From assembly GCA_022790685.1 (NCBI GenBank), contig JAAVXQ010000063.1, positions 1 to 50,444 of the forward strand: a stretch of DNA of 50,444 nucleotides. Reading direction: 5' to 3'. Below the pieces are notes generated by a model. The model was not told the origin of the DNA. It did not search any database and saw only the letters and a list, made by a program, of their open reading frames with translations. Positions 9,778 through 19,959 of the stretch are shown in pieces (the first letter of the stretch is position 1; every line of letters begins with the position of its first letter). Both the position numbers and the translations under genes were made by a program. This DNA is from Clostridia bacterium (GTDB taxonomy: Bacteria; Bacillota; Clostridia; TANB77; CAG-508).

Positions 9778-11340
9778 CTATAAATAATTATCTGGCAAAT
9801 CGTTTTCCAATAATACTACACTATTATTATCTATTATTTCATTCATTTTCAGTAGAGCCTCTTGTAAATTTTCAGCTATAAATACATTTTCTAATGAATA
9901 ATTTGTTTCTTTTATTCCTTCATATATTGGAACTGCTTGATTTGCTCCAACTAGTATTATAAAATCACTACTTTTAGTTGCTAAAATACCTAATTCTTTG
10001 TTTATCTCATTTGATTTTTCTCCTAATTCAACAATTCCTGGTGTTATAAGTATTCTTTTTCTATTTTCAAAGGTTTTAAGCACTTCTAGTGCCATTTTTG
10101 CACCTTTTACATTTGAATTATATGCATCATCTATTATTATACTTCCGTTAGGATTCTGCTTAAGTTCTAATCTGTGTTTAACAGGTTTAATATATTTTAC
10201 ACCTATTTTTATTTCATCTTCTGAAAGTCCTAAAGTATCAGCTACCGAAATTGCACATACAATATTTAAAATATTTAACTCACCTAATAATTTTGTTTTA
10301 ATATTAATTTTTCTTTTCTTTGGCATAACCACATCAAAAGAAGAACCTTTTTCTGTTATTACAATATTATCTGCATAATAATCAGAGGCAGAAGTTAATC
10401 CATATTTAATTATTTTTTTGTTAATTTTAGCTTTTCTAATATTTTCATCTTCCCAATTAACAAATGCTATTCCATTATCCTCAGGAATTGCATCTACTAA
10501 CTCTAGTTTCGTTTTAGATATATTTTCGATATTTTTAAAAGTGTCTAAATGTTGTGGTCCAATAGCTGTTATAATTGCATATTTAGGCTCTACAATATCA
10601 CAAATTTCTTTTATATCCCCTATATACTTAGCGCCCATTTCACACACAAAAAATTTATGTGTTGATGATACTTTTTCATTTACTGTTCTTACAACTCCCA
10701 TAGTTGTATTATAACTTTCTGGTGTCATAACTGTATTATATTTTTGTGACAAAATAGTATTTACAACGTATTTTGTACTTGTTTTTCCATAGCTTCCTGT
10801 TATTCCTATAACTTCTAATCCATTTATATCTTTTAATTTAGAATTTGCTTTTTTACAAAATCCTCTTCTTATATATTTTTCAAGTGGTCTATTTAATAAA
10901 TTAACAATATATACCCATACATATGAAAAAATTGCTACTATGTTAATAATACTTAAAGATATTTTATAATCTATAACATTTGCACTTATTGCCAATAATA
11001 TTATTAAAATCAAATATGTTATATACATTCTTTTTATTCTAATAGTAACTACAAATGGCTTTTTTTCTTTATTTCTTTTATGATTAAAAATCAAAAGTAT
11101 ATAAGTTAAACAAGATAATATTAGTCCTATATTTATATTAATATAAGCTACTATACTTGATATTAGAAATAGACCTATCATTTTAATATTAAATATTTTG
11201 GATAGATTTTTTTTCATCCAAACAATATATCTATCATTATAATAATTTTCTAATTGTAAAATATGTAATCCATGCCTATTTTTTAGATAGAAGAAAACTA
11301 TAAATAATATTAAAATCGCATTTATAAAAACTCTATTCAT
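9778..11340 (-). CDS. murF: MurF-like Mur ligase with an N-terminal polytopic membrane domain
   Basis: GITGSYGKTSTKY P-loop, AIITAIGPQHLD, IIDDAYNSN, TPGIVELGEKS (MurF-like C-terminal domain). Residues 1-150 are TM-rich instead of the usual soluble N domain. Confidence 0.7.
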   Translation of the reverse strand: MNRVFINAILILFIVFFYLKNRHGLHILQLENYYNDRYIVWMKKNLSKIFNIKMIGLFLISSIVAYININIGLILSCLTYILLIFNHKRNKEKKPFVVTIRIKRMYITYLILIILLAISANVIDYKISLSIINIVAIFSYVWVYIVNLLNRPLEKYIRRGFCKKANSKLKDINGLEVIGITGSYGKTSTKYVVNTILSQKYNTVMTPESYNTTMGVVRTVNEKVSSTHKFFVCEMGAKYIGDIKEICDIVEPKYAIITAIGPQHLDTFKNIENISKTKLELVDAIPEDNGIAFVNWEDENIRKAKINKKIIKYGLTSASDYYADNIVITEKGSSFDVVMPKKRKINIKTKLLGELNILNIVCAISVADTLGLSEDEIKIGVKYIKPVKHRLELKQNPNGSIIIDDAYNSNVKGAKMALEVLKTFENRKRILITPGIVELGEKSNEINKELGILATKSSDFIILVGANQAVPIYEGIKETNYSLENVFIAENLQEALLKMNEIIDNNSVVLLENDLPDNYL

Positions 11341-11353
11341 TTAGGCTCTCCTT

Positions 11354-12121
11354 CTATTTATCATTTTTTAAAAATTCATTTAATACTGCATTACAATTTG
11401 CTAAATTTTCTAAATAAGAAAAGTGGCTACTTCCCTTATATTCAACTAGCCCACAATCTGGTATAAGTTTTTCCATTTTTCTTCCATCACTTATAGGCGT
11501 AGCTGTATCTAGACTTCCCCAAATTAGTAAAGTAGGCACCTGTATTTTAGGCAAAAGATGACTCAAATCTTCACTTAAAATAATTTTCATTGTTTCTTTA
11601 AGTACAGGACTAGACGCTTTGTAATCACTTGAACCTACTTTATTTCTTAATTTTTCTTTGAATTTCTTAATTTTTTTTGTATTAGGTAAAATATTAAGAA
11701 TTATTTTACCTGTTTTAAAAAAAGCAACTTTAAAATAATAACTCAGGCTTCTTTTTGGCTTTATTCCTGCACTATCTATTAAAACAATTTTCTTAGGAGA
11801 AACAATTCCCCTTCCTACTGCATTGATAATAGTTCTTCCACCATTTGAGTGTCCTATTAAAATTGGATTTTTTATTTGTAAGTTTTTAATAAATCCTTCT
11901 AAAAAATCTCCAAAATCATCTGTTTTTAGAGGATGCTCTGGAATATCACTTTTTCCAAATCCAACAACATCTACTAAATACACTTTAAAATTTTGGCTTA
12001 AGTTATTGGCAAGCGGTCTCATAGTTTCTAAAGTTGCAAGCCATCCATGTAATAATATAACAGGATTTCCCTCACCTAACACTTCATAATTAATCTTCCA
12101 GTCTTTTATTTTTGTTTGCAA
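11354..12121 (-). CDS. Alpha/beta-fold hydrolase
   Basis: HGW...GHSNGG nucleophile elbow, C-terminal D and H (GSLDTATP, SSHFSY). Confidence 0.7.
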   Translation of the reverse strand: MQTKIKDWKINYEVLGEGNPVILLHGWLATLETMRPLANNLSQNFKVYLVDVVGFGKSDIPEHPLKTDDFGDFLEGFIKNLQIKNPILIGHSNGGRTIINAVGRGIVSPKKIVLIDSAGIKPKRSLSYYFKVAFFKTGKIILNILPNTKKIKKFKEKLRNKVGSSDYKASSPVLKETMKIILSEDLSHLLPKIQVPTLLIWGSLDTATPISDGRKMEKLIPDCGLVEYKGSSHFSYLENLANCNAVLNEFLKNDK

Positions 12122-12276
12122 ACTTTCCTCCTAAATTTTATGTATTATCCACATTTGAAAAACATTTTGTGGATAATTATTCTTAACTATAATTTATTCA
12201 AATTACTAGTTTTTGTTACCTTTATATATTATAACAATATTGTTACAATTTCAACATTTTTATTAATTTATTTTTG

Positions 12277-13683
12277 CTACATAGTCAAAACTCCATCAGG
12301 CGTATCTAATATCACTAATACATCTTCTTCTTTTCCTGTTTCTGCATTTATATATACTAAAAATTCTTTTTCTTCTACTTTTCCTTTAAACTCATATGCA
12401 TAAATTTCAGTTTTCCATTTTGTTGGTATAACACTTAATCTTTCTGACTCTATATTAAGTTTTGGATTTAATTTTTCTTTTGCTTCTTCTATACTTATTA
12501 TGTTTTCAGGATATGTCCTATTAGTATGTGAATTTAAATAACCAGTTGCCTCTATTCCAATTATTTCACCATTATCTAATGCTATTTTTAATTTTATTAA
12601 ATCTGGATAAATCAAAACATTACCATCTTCATATGCGTAATTAATTGTTACAATATTATCTTTTTTCATATAATAGGTTTCTTTCATATTTGGGAAACCT
12701 TTATCTTCTAAATATTTTTTACCAATTTCCTTTACTTCTTCAAAATTCTTTTTTTCTTCATTTACATCTCTTACTTTTTCCATCTGTATTATGTGTCCAC
12801 CTTTTTTAGAAATTGAAATCCAAGTTCTTTCATCTTCATTAAAGAACTTTATAACAAATTCATATGATGGAATATCAGCATTTTCTAAAAGTCCATTTCC
12901 GTCTATTTTTTCTACAGTTTTATCCTTAAAAAAAGCTCTTATTTTAGATTTCGCATCTTCTTCTGATATATCTTCTCCTGTTAACCCCTTTTTTTCTACT
13001 TTGTTTACATGATCAGAATATGCACCATCATAAATAAGCCCCTCATATTCACTCAAATTACTATCTATATTAGAAAATATTGATATATTATCCACAGCCT
13101 GAGCAAATTTATGTGAATTATCACTTTTTAAGTCTCCCCAAGATATTTGCCCTGTGTAAAGTTCTTCTGATAGTTGATTCAGAGTCTCTTTTATACTATT
13201 ACTATATCCATACAAGGTTTTAATATTTTCGAAATCTTCGTCTGTTAATTCTTCATTGTTTATATTTTTTCTTGATAAGGTGTATGAATAATCACTAACT
13301 TGATTCAAAAATTTTGCAGTTTGTGAAAGCCCCTCTGAATTTAAGGGTATTCTAGATAAATAAACTAAAGCTAAATTCGAATCTCTCCAAACTTCAGTTA
13401 AAGTTTCTGCACCATGAACAGAGCTTTTAGAAATCATAGACTTTGCTAAATATCCTTCAATATTATTCATATAATTTACTAAACTATTAAAAGATTCATT
13501 ATATGAATTATTCGTCATTATAGCGTATTGTTCTTTTAATTTAAAAGCATAATAACCTGATACCACTGTAAGTATGCTAAGTATTACTATTAATAATAAC
13601 CAAAAACTATTTTTCAAATTTTCTTTCATAGAAATATTTTTCCTCCTTATGATATTTTTATTATTTTCTGCCATTTTTTTCAA
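12277..13683 (-). CDS. ypeB: Germination protein YpeB (PepSY domains)
   Basis: N-terminal TM anchor. NSYNESFNSLVNYMNNIEGYLAKSMISKS...EVWRDSNLALVYLSRIPL and C-terminal PepSY-like repeats. Marks the host as a spore former. Confidence 0.75.
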   Translation of the reverse strand: MKKMAENNKNIIRRKNISMKENLKNSFWLLLIVILSILTVVSGYYAFKLKEQYAIMTNNSYNESFNSLVNYMNNIEGYLAKSMISKSSVHGAETLTEVWRDSNLALVYLSRIPLNSEGLSQTAKFLNQVSDYSYTLSRKNINNEELTDEDFENIKTLYGYSNSIKETLNQLSEELYTGQISWGDLKSDNSHKFAQAVDNISIFSNIDSNLSEYEGLIYDGAYSDHVNKVEKKGLTGEDISEEDAKSKIRAFFKDKTVEKIDGNGLLENADIPSYEFVIKFFNEDERTWISISKKGGHIIQMEKVRDVNEEKKNFEEVKEIGKKYLEDKGFPNMKETYYMKKDNIVTINYAYEDGNVLIYPDLIKLKIALDNGEIIGIEATGYLNSHTNRTYPENIISIEEAKEKLNPKLNIESERLSVIPTKWKTEIYAYEFKGKVEEKEFLVYINAETGKEEDVLVILDTPDGVLTM

Positions 13684-13759
13684 AATATTCTAATTATTGT
13701 AATTTTTTATTGTTAGTGTTATAATTTAAGCGAATTATAAAAATAGGAGTTAAAAAATT

Positions 13760-14890
13760 ATGCAGAAAATTTTAATATTCTATGGCTCTTATGGTGGTGG
13801 TCATCTTGCAGCTGCAAAATCCATATCAGAACATTTACAATCTAATTATTCTAATGTAGAAGTTCAAATAGTAGATTGTATAGAATATATTAATAAATAT
13901 TTAAATAAAGTTTCGACTGAAGCCTATAAAGAACTAGCAAAAAAAGCACCTTGGCTTTGGAAAAGAGTATACAAAGATTCAAAAACTGGCCCACTTGCTC
14001 ATATAAGTGCTACAACTAATAAGCTTATGTCCTACAGATTAAATCTTTTAATTCAAGAATTTAAACCAGATTTAATAATATCAACACATCCTTTTTCAAC
14101 ACAGATGTGTGCCATACTAAAGAAAAAAGGAAAAATAGATTGCAAGCTTGCAACCATTCTTACAGATTATCAAATTCATCCACAATGGTTAATTTTATCT
14201 AGTTTTTCAGATTACTTTTTTGTTTCTAACGAACAAATGAAAATAGATATGATTTCTGAAGGAATAAATGATGAGAAAATCTTTGTTACAGGAATTCCTG
14301 TTTCTGAAAGATTTTTGCAAAAAATGGATAAAAAATCTATATATGAACAATTTGAATTAGATGAAAATAAAGAAACAGTTTTATTTTTTGCTGGTGGAGA
14401 ATTTGGATTAGGACGTAATACTACCTTTATGGTATTAAAAGCTATTATTCGTCTATTTCCAGATATACAAGTAATCGCAATAGCTGGAAAAAATAAAAAA
14501 ATGAAAAAAAAGTTTACAGAGTTAGTTGATAATACAGACTCTCATAAAAGAATAAAGATATTAGAATACACTGATAAAGTACCAGAGCTTATGTATATTT
14601 CTTCTATGGTTATAACTAAACCTGGTGGACTTACAGTAACTGAAGCTTTAGCTTCACATCTACCATTAGTAATTATAAATCCTATTCCAGGACAAGAAGA
14701 AGAAAATGCAGAGTTTATAATACAAAATGATGTAGGTATATGGATAAAAAAAGAAGATAATATAGCAAGAGCTTTAAAAAATTTGTATAGAAATAAAGAA
14801 AAATTCGTAACTATGAAAGAAAATACCAAAAGCTTAGCAAAACCTCATGCAACAGCTAATATTTGTAAAATCCTATTAGATGATATATAA
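13760..14890 (+). CDS. MGDG-synthase/UgtP-like diacylglycerol glycosyltransferase (GT28)
   Basis: MQKILIFYGSYGGGHLAAAKSI..., ITKPGGLTVTEALASHLPLVIINPIPGQEEENA. Confidence 0.75.
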   Translation: MQKILIFYGSYGGGHLAAAKSISEHLQSNYSNVEVQIVDCIEYINKYLNKVSTEAYKELAKKAPWLWKRVYKDSKTGPLAHISATTNKLMSYRLNLLIQEFKPDLIISTHPFSTQMCAILKKKGKIDCKLATILTDYQIHPQWLILSSFSDYFFVSNEQMKIDMISEGINDEKIFVTGIPVSERFLQKMDKKSIYEQFELDENKETVLFFAGGEFGLGRNTTFMVLKAIIRLFPDIQVIAIAGKNKKMKKKFTELVDNTDSHKRIKILEYTDKVPELMYISSMVITKPGGLTVTEALASHLPLVIINPIPGQEEENAEFIIQNDVGIWIKKEDNIARALKNLYRNKEKFVTMKENTKSLAKPHATANICKILLDDI

Positions 14891-14895
14891 AATAT

Positions 14896-14927
14896 AAAAC
14901 ACACAAATTAATAATTTGTGTGTTTTT
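14896..14927. terminator. Bidirectional terminator between the convergent ugtP-like gene and recR
   Basis: Stem aaaacacacaaatta / taatttgtgtgtttt with A/T-runs on both sides. Confidence 0.7.
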
Positions 14928-14937
14928 ATTATTTACT

Positions 14938-15537
14938 TTATATTTCACTTCTTCCTTCTAAAGCTTTTGTAAGAGTAATTTCATCAGTATATTCTAAATC
15001 TCCACCAATAGGAATTCCTCTAGCTATTCTAGTTACTTTTACTCCTAATGGTTTTACTAATTTAGATATATACATTGAAGTCGCTTCTCCTTCTACTCTC
15101 GGATTTGTGGCTAGAATTATCTCTTTTATTTCTCCTTCCATTATACGTGTAAGTAATTCTTTAATTTTTATATCGTCAGGTCCTATTCCATTCATGGGAG
15201 ATATTGAACCATGTAATACATGATATACTCCACTATATTCGTGAGTTCTTTCCATGGCAATAACATCTCTTACATCTTCTACTACACATATTATGCTTTC
15301 ATCTCTTTTGGGATTTGAACAAATATTGCAAGGATCTGTATCTGAAAGATTAAAGCATTTTGAACAGAATTTCAAATTTTTCTTAGCATTTACAATAGAA
15401 TCTATAAATTCTTTTGTTTCTTCTTCTGACAAATCTAGCATATAAAAAGCTAGTCTTTGCGCTGTTTTATGACCTATACTTGGTAATCTTTCAAAGCTCT
15501 CTATTAATTTTTCAATTGATGGTGAATAATATGACAT
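14938..15537 (-). CDS. recR: Recombination protein RecR
   Basis: [22 protein letters not shown], zinc finger [16 protein letters not shown], Toprim region. Confidence 0.9.
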   Translation of the reverse strand: MSYYSPSIEKLIESFERLPSIGHKTAQRLAFYMLDLSEEETKEFIDSIVNAKKNLKFCSKCFNLSDTDPCNICSNPKRDESIICVVEDVRDVIAMERTHEYSGVYHVLHGSISPMNGIGPDDIKIKELLTRIMEGEIKEIILATNPRVEGEATSMYISKLVKPLGVKVTRIARGIPIGGDLEYTDEITLTKALEGRSEI

Positions 15538-15549
15538 AATATACTCCTA

Positions 15550-15894
15550 TTACATTAAACCTGGTATATTAAAATTTCCCATTTGCATAGCTTGAGCTTC
15601 ATCTACTTTTCTTAAGGCTTCATTGGTACAAGTTAATATTAAATCTTGTAACATCTCAACATCCTCTGGATCCACTATATCTTGTTTTAGTTCTATTGAT
15701 TTTATAACTTTTGCACCTGTAACAACTACTGTAACTGCTCCTCCTCCAGCTGTTGCTGAAAATTCTTTAATTGCAAGCTCCTCTTGTGATTTCTCCATAT
15801 CTGCTTGCATTTTTTTAGCTTCTTTCATAAGTTTATTTATATTCATTCCGCCAAATCCTCCCATTCCTCCTGGGAATCCTCCTCTTTTTGCCAT
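15550..15894 (-). CDS. ybaB: Nucleoid-associated protein YbaB/EbfC
   Basis: MNINKLMKEAKKMQADMEKSQEEL...GGGAVTVVVTG; conserved dnaX-ybaB-recR order. Confidence 0.85.
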   Translation of the reverse strand: MAKRGGFPGGMGGFGGMNINKLMKEAKKMQADMEKSQEELAIKEFSATAGGGAVTVVVTGAKVIKSIELKQDIVDPEDVEMLQDLILTCTNEALRKVDEAQAMQMGNFNIPGLM

Positions 15895-15914
15895 TTTATA
15901 TTCCTCCTTTTATA

Positions 15915-17498
15915 TTATTCTATTATATTCACATCTAGTCCTAAATCTTTTATAGGACTTCCTTTTTCTACTTTTGTACTTTGCTTATTTTTAGTATCTT
16001 TATATTTAATATTTATTTCTTTACCAGTTGCTTTAAATATTTCATTTTGTAAATCTCTTTGATTTATTGGATCTTGTAATATCTTTTCATTAAATGATGT
16101 AAGCCCATTTTTGAATTCGATTTCCCATATATCATCACCTATCTCATTTATTCCTGTATTAATAAGTGCTGTATATAGTCTTATTTTTCCATCTTTTTTA
16201 AGTATATCTAAAATCTTAGGCCATTCTTTATTAGCCTCTCCTGCTCCAATCGGTTCTTTTCTTTGCACTGGTTCTTGTCTTAAAGATTTTTCTTCTCTTT
16301 TAGTTTCTGTTTTTATTGGTTCAATTTCACTTTTAGACTCTATGATAGGCGCTTTTTTTAAATTATTCAACTTACTTTCTAAAAGTTCTAATCTTTTTTC
16401 AATATCTGTTCCACAATTCGCAATATTCATACATAATTTAATTATAGCTGTTTGTACCATTATACTCTTCTGCGATGACCATTTTATATCATTTTGAACA
16501 GATGATAATTCATATATTATGTGTAAAAGTTCATTTTTTTCAGATACATCTGCTAATTTTTTTATATCTTCTAATTCCTCTTTTGAATATAAAGTTAACT
16601 CATTAGCCACCTTCATTACTAATATATCTTTAAAATATTTTATTACTTCCCATATAAAATTATATAAGTCTTTTCCACTATCTATAACTTCATCTAATAT
16701 TTGTAAAGCGACAATTTCATCTTTGTCTATAATAGCTTTTGCTAATTTATTTATATATTCTAAGCTAGGAAGTCCAACAAGCTCTTTTATATCACTTACA
16801 TTTATTTCTTGAGTTCCTTCTTGACTACATCTTTCTAGAATACTTATAGCATCTCTCATTGCTCCTTCAGATAAAGTAGCAATTAATTTATAGGCATCTT
16901 CTGAAACATTTATATTATCTTCTGTACAAATTATTTTTAATCTTCTTATTATATCAACATCTTTTATTTTTTTAAAATCAAATCTTTGACATCTTGAAAG
17001 AATTGTTGTAGGTAATTTTTGAGGTTCTGTTGTTGCCAAAATAAATTTTACATGTTCTGGCGGCTCTTCTAGAGTTTTAAGAAGTGCATTAAATGCACCT
17101 ACTGAAAGCATATGTACCTCATCTATTATATACACTCTATATTTTGCTTTTGTCGGTAAAAAATTCACTTCATCTCTTATACTTCTAATGTCATCAACAC
17201 TATTATTAGAAGCAGCATCCATTTCTACAACATCTGTAAGTGATCCTTCTAAAATTTCTTTACAGATTTCACACTCATTACAAGGCTCTCCATCTTTAGG
17301 ATTTAAACAATTAACAGCTCTTGCTAAAATTTTAGCAGATGTTGTTTTTCCTGTACCTCTACCACCATTAAATAAATATGCATGACCAATTCTTCCAGAT
17401 ATTATCTGATTTTTCAGCGTTTTAGTTATATGTTCTTGTCCTACCATATCTTCAAATTTAAGTGGTCTAAATTTTCTATATAGAGCCGTATAAGACAT
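15915..17498 (-). CDS. dnaX: DNA polymerase III subunit gamma/tau
   Basis: YRKFRPLKFEDMVGQEHI, GGRGTGKTT, CNECEIC, IIDEVHML, SRCQRFDF. Confidence 0.9.
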   Translation of the reverse strand: MSYTALYRKFRPLKFEDMVGQEHITKTLKNQIISGRIGHAYLFNGGRGTGKTTSAKILARAVNCLNPKDGEPCNECEICKEILEGSLTDVVEMDAASNNSVDDIRSIRDEVNFLPTKAKYRVYIIDEVHMLSVGAFNALLKTLEEPPEHVKFILATTEPQKLPTTILSRCQRFDFKKIKDVDIIRRLKIICTEDNINVSEDAYKLIATLSEGAMRDAISILERCSQEGTQEINVSDIKELVGLPSLEYINKLAKAIIDKDEIVALQILDEVIDSGKDLYNFIWEVIKYFKDILVMKVANELTLYSKEELEDIKKLADVSEKNELLHIIYELSSVQNDIKWSSQKSIMVQTAIIKLCMNIANCGTDIEKRLELLESKLNNLKKAPIIESKSEIEPIKTETKREEKSLRQEPVQRKEPIGAGEANKEWPKILDILKKDGKIRLYTALINTGINEIGDDIWEIEFKNGLTSFNEKILQDPINQRDLQNEIFKATGKEINIKYKDTKNKQSTKVEKGSPIKDLGLDVNIIE

Positions 17499-17522
17499 TT
17501 ATAAATTCCCCCTATACAAATA

Positions 17523-17655
17523 TAGCTTTCCTTAAGGAAGGCATGCTGATATCACATAAATACACTACTTATCGCTGCTTTCTTCCGAACCTGACGAGAT
17601 TCATAGCTTTTTATTGAAGCATACCTTCCTTAAGAAAAGCCATTTTTAACTTACG
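17523..17655 (-). ncRNA. ffs: Signal recognition particle RNA (small 4.5S-type)
   Basis: The minus strand contains GUCAGGUUCGGAAGAAAGCAGC, the SRP domain IV motif. It is closed by a long helix GCUUUUCUUAAGGAAGGUAUGCU / AGCAUGCCUUCCUUAAGGAAAGC. Preceded by TTGCAA-17-TATAAT. Sits in the usual Firmicute position upstream of dnaX. Ends are approximate. Confidence 0.8.
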
Positions 17656-17701
17656 CTTACACATTATATAATGGATTAATTCTTTTTGCAATATTTTTTT
17701 C

Positions 17702-18433
17702 TTAAAATCTTTTAAAAATCACATCACTAAAATCTGTTATTTCTAAACTCGAAGAACCCTCTTCAAGTATATTTCCTTTTGGCAATTCTAATGAAAAAGT
17801 CCCTCTAAATTTTATATTTTCATTTGTTTCTATTATCATATCAAAATTTAAGTTTGTTTGTATCTGTTCATTTGTAACATTTGCATTTTTTAACAAAGAA
17901 CCATCATATGAAATTTCATCATTTTCATTTGAAACAAATTTTCCAAGTTCATCTAATGAAACTCTAAATCCTATCATTCCTCCTGAAGTAGCTATCTCTA
18001 ATGCTTTTAAGTCATCTATCTTTTCACCAACATATGTTATTTTATCATTTAAATAATCTTGCTGACTATATTTATATAAATTCTCCAATTCTCCTGTTGG
18101 CCTATATATTTTCAAAATACCTTTTTCAGCTTTTTTTGTCACATTAAAATTTTCTAATGTAATTTTTTTTATAAGCTCGTCCACATTATTTTCTGTTTTA
18201 TCCACATATAAATATATATCGTTTACTTGTTTTATATCAATGTTCCATATGTTTTCATTGTCTTCTACCTTTTGTCCATCCACAGTACTTACTATTAACA
18301 TTTTACTTACAGAAAAGGGTAATCTTTTTTCTCCTTCAACTTCATATCTTAGCATTACACATACAACTAACAACAATGCCATAACTAATGATGTAAAAAA
18401 AATGCATTTTTTTAGTAAATTATTTTTTCTCAT
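17702..18433 (-). CDS. Hypothetical membrane-anchored protein (243 aa)
   Basis: N-terminal TM helix (CIFFTSLVMALLLVVCVML) followed by a soluble domain. Overlaps the tadA stop by 14 nt. No family recognised. Confidence 0.5.
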   Translation of the reverse strand: MRKNNLLKKCIFFTSLVMALLLVVCVMLRYEVEGEKRLPFSVSKMLIVSTVDGQKVEDNENIWNIDIKQVNDIYLYVDKTENNVDELIKKITLENFNVTKKAEKGILKIYRPTGELENLYKYSQQDYLNDKITYVGEKIDDLKALEIATSGGMIGFRVSLDELGKFVSNENDEISYDGSLLKNANVTNEQIQTNLNFDMIIETNENIKFRGTFSLELPKGNILEEGSSSLEITDFSDVIFKRF

Positions 18434-18890
18434 TTTTATTCCTCTTTCTTAGCATTTTGAAAAAATCTTTTAAAATTTTTTCACATTCGTCTTTTAATAT
18501 ATATTTTTCAATTTCTATTTTATGATTAAATTTATAATCTTCTAAAAGATTTAAAACTGATCCACAAGCTCCTGTTTTGGTATCTTCTGTACCTATATAA
18601 ACTTTTTTAATTCTTGCATTAATTAAAGCACCTGCACACATTGAACATGGTTCTAATGTTACATACATTTCACAATCTGTAAGCCTCCAGGATTCTAATT
18701 TTTTACAAGCTTTTTGTATTGCCAAGATTTCAGCATGACTTGTTGCATTTTTTTTAGTTTCTTTTTTGTTATGAGCTCTTGCAATTATTTTTCCATCCTT
18801 TACTATAATAGCTCCTACTGGCACTTCTTCTATTTTATATGCTTTTATTGCTTCTTTTATTGCTTCTTTCATATATTTTTCTTTTTCCAT
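18420..18890 (-). CDS. tadA: tRNA-specific adenosine deaminase
   Basis: HAEILAI ... PCSMCAGAL deaminase zinc motifs. TTGTAA-17-TGgTATAAT promoter upstream. Confidence 0.9.
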   Translation of the reverse strand: MEKEKYMKEAIKEAIKAYKIEEVPVGAIIVKDGKIIARAHNKKETKKNATSHAEILAIQKACKKLESWRLTDCEMYVTLEPCSMCAGALINARIKKVYIGTEDTKTGACGSVLNLLEDYKFNHKIEIEKYILKDECEKILKDFFKMLRKRNKNEKK

Positions 18891-19041
18891 ATGTTTAAAT
18901 AAAAAACGCTCCTATTTTAATAATCTGGTTTATTATACCATTATTAATAAGATTTTACAACTTTGATTAAAAACAAAGGCTTATCTTTCATACATAAGCT
19001 AAAGGAGGAACTTTTCATAGTCCCTCCCTATAGCTATTCAT

Positions 19042-19941
19042 TTAACCGTCTAATTTTTTGATTGTAATTTCACATGCTTTGGGATTAATATCACAAAAAA
19101 TCCCTCTCCTGCCTAACCTTTTTGTAACCACAGCAGTTGTTCCTCCACCCATGAAGAAATCTGCCACCATATCTTCAGGGTTGCTGCACATTGTAATAAT
19201 TCTTTCAAGTATTGCTTCTGGTTTAGGTGTATCATAGGCATCAGCTACTGTTATCCTTTCGTAGGTATCAAGCATCTCATCTTCTGCCCATAAGTTCCCC
19301 ACAGGAACCACTTTTGAAAAACGATATGGTAAAGAATCAATCAGTGTAACTTCGCCTCTTTCTGCCATAACTGCAAATTCCTGTGAAGAAATAAGCCAGT
19401 GTTTATTGATTTTCTTTAGGTTTATTGGAGTACCCTTAAAAAGCCTTTCCTCACTTCTTCCTTCAATGTATCCATTTTCAAACAACGGGACAATATTGGG
19501 TTTAGCTGAATAGATTTCATTAAAAACAAAATTTGAGCAATCTTTCACATAGTAAAAAATCACATCCACTTGGGAATCAAAATTTTTATAAAAACCTCTA
19601 TTTTCACTATGTTTTCTATAAATTCTGTTCTTGAAATTTTTACCTCCAAAGACTTGATCCATCAAAATACGAATATATGAATCCAATCGCCAATTGCAAT
19701 GAATAAAAATACTTCCATTTTTTGAAAGAACACGTTTCATCTGAATAAATCTTGGTCTATACCACTCAATTGCTTCTTCTGGAGAGCCAAGGTTATCATT
19801 GTAGTCATCAAATTTTTTCCCTGTATTATAAAGGATATCACAGTAAATAAGATTTACTGATTCATCCTCAAGCCGTGATAATAATTCTAAATTATCACAT
19901 AGGTAAATACTAATGTCTTCTTTTTTGTAATATTCTTGCAT
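19042..19941 (-). CDS. Beta-class N6-adenine/N4-cytosine DNA methyltransferase-like protein with atypical DILY motif IV
   Basis: N-terminal ESVNLIYCDILYNTG (position of DPPY). C-terminal YDTPKPEAILERII and DFFMGGGTTAVVTKRLGRRGIFCDI (AdoMet motif I). Motif order IV...I. G/C-ending codons unlike the neighbours. Confidence 0.75.
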   Translation of the reverse strand: MQEYYKKEDISIYLCDNLELLSRLEDESVNLIYCDILYNTGKKFDDYNDNLGSPEEAIEWYRPRFIQMKRVLSKNGSIFIHCNWRLDSYIRILMDQVFGGKNFKNRIYRKHSENRGFYKNFDSQVDVIFYYVKDCSNFVFNEIYSAKPNIVPLFENGYIEGRSEERLFKGTPINLKKINKHWLISSQEFAVMAERGEVTLIDSLPYRFSKVVPVGNLWAEDEMLDTYERITVADAYDTPKPEAILERIITMCSNPEDMVADFFMGGGTTAVVTKRLGRRGIFCDINPKACEITIKKLDG

Positions 19942-19959
19942 ACTTTACCTCCACTTTAC

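Noticed and set aside
12116-12403. Plus-strand 95-aa ORF in the hydrolase/ypeB intergenic region, and similar short plus-strand ORFs (8047-8238, 8446-8637, 18714-18902, 21238-21429).
   Set aside because: They overlap real minus-strand genes or promoter regions, have low-complexity hydrophobic translations, and lack an SD.
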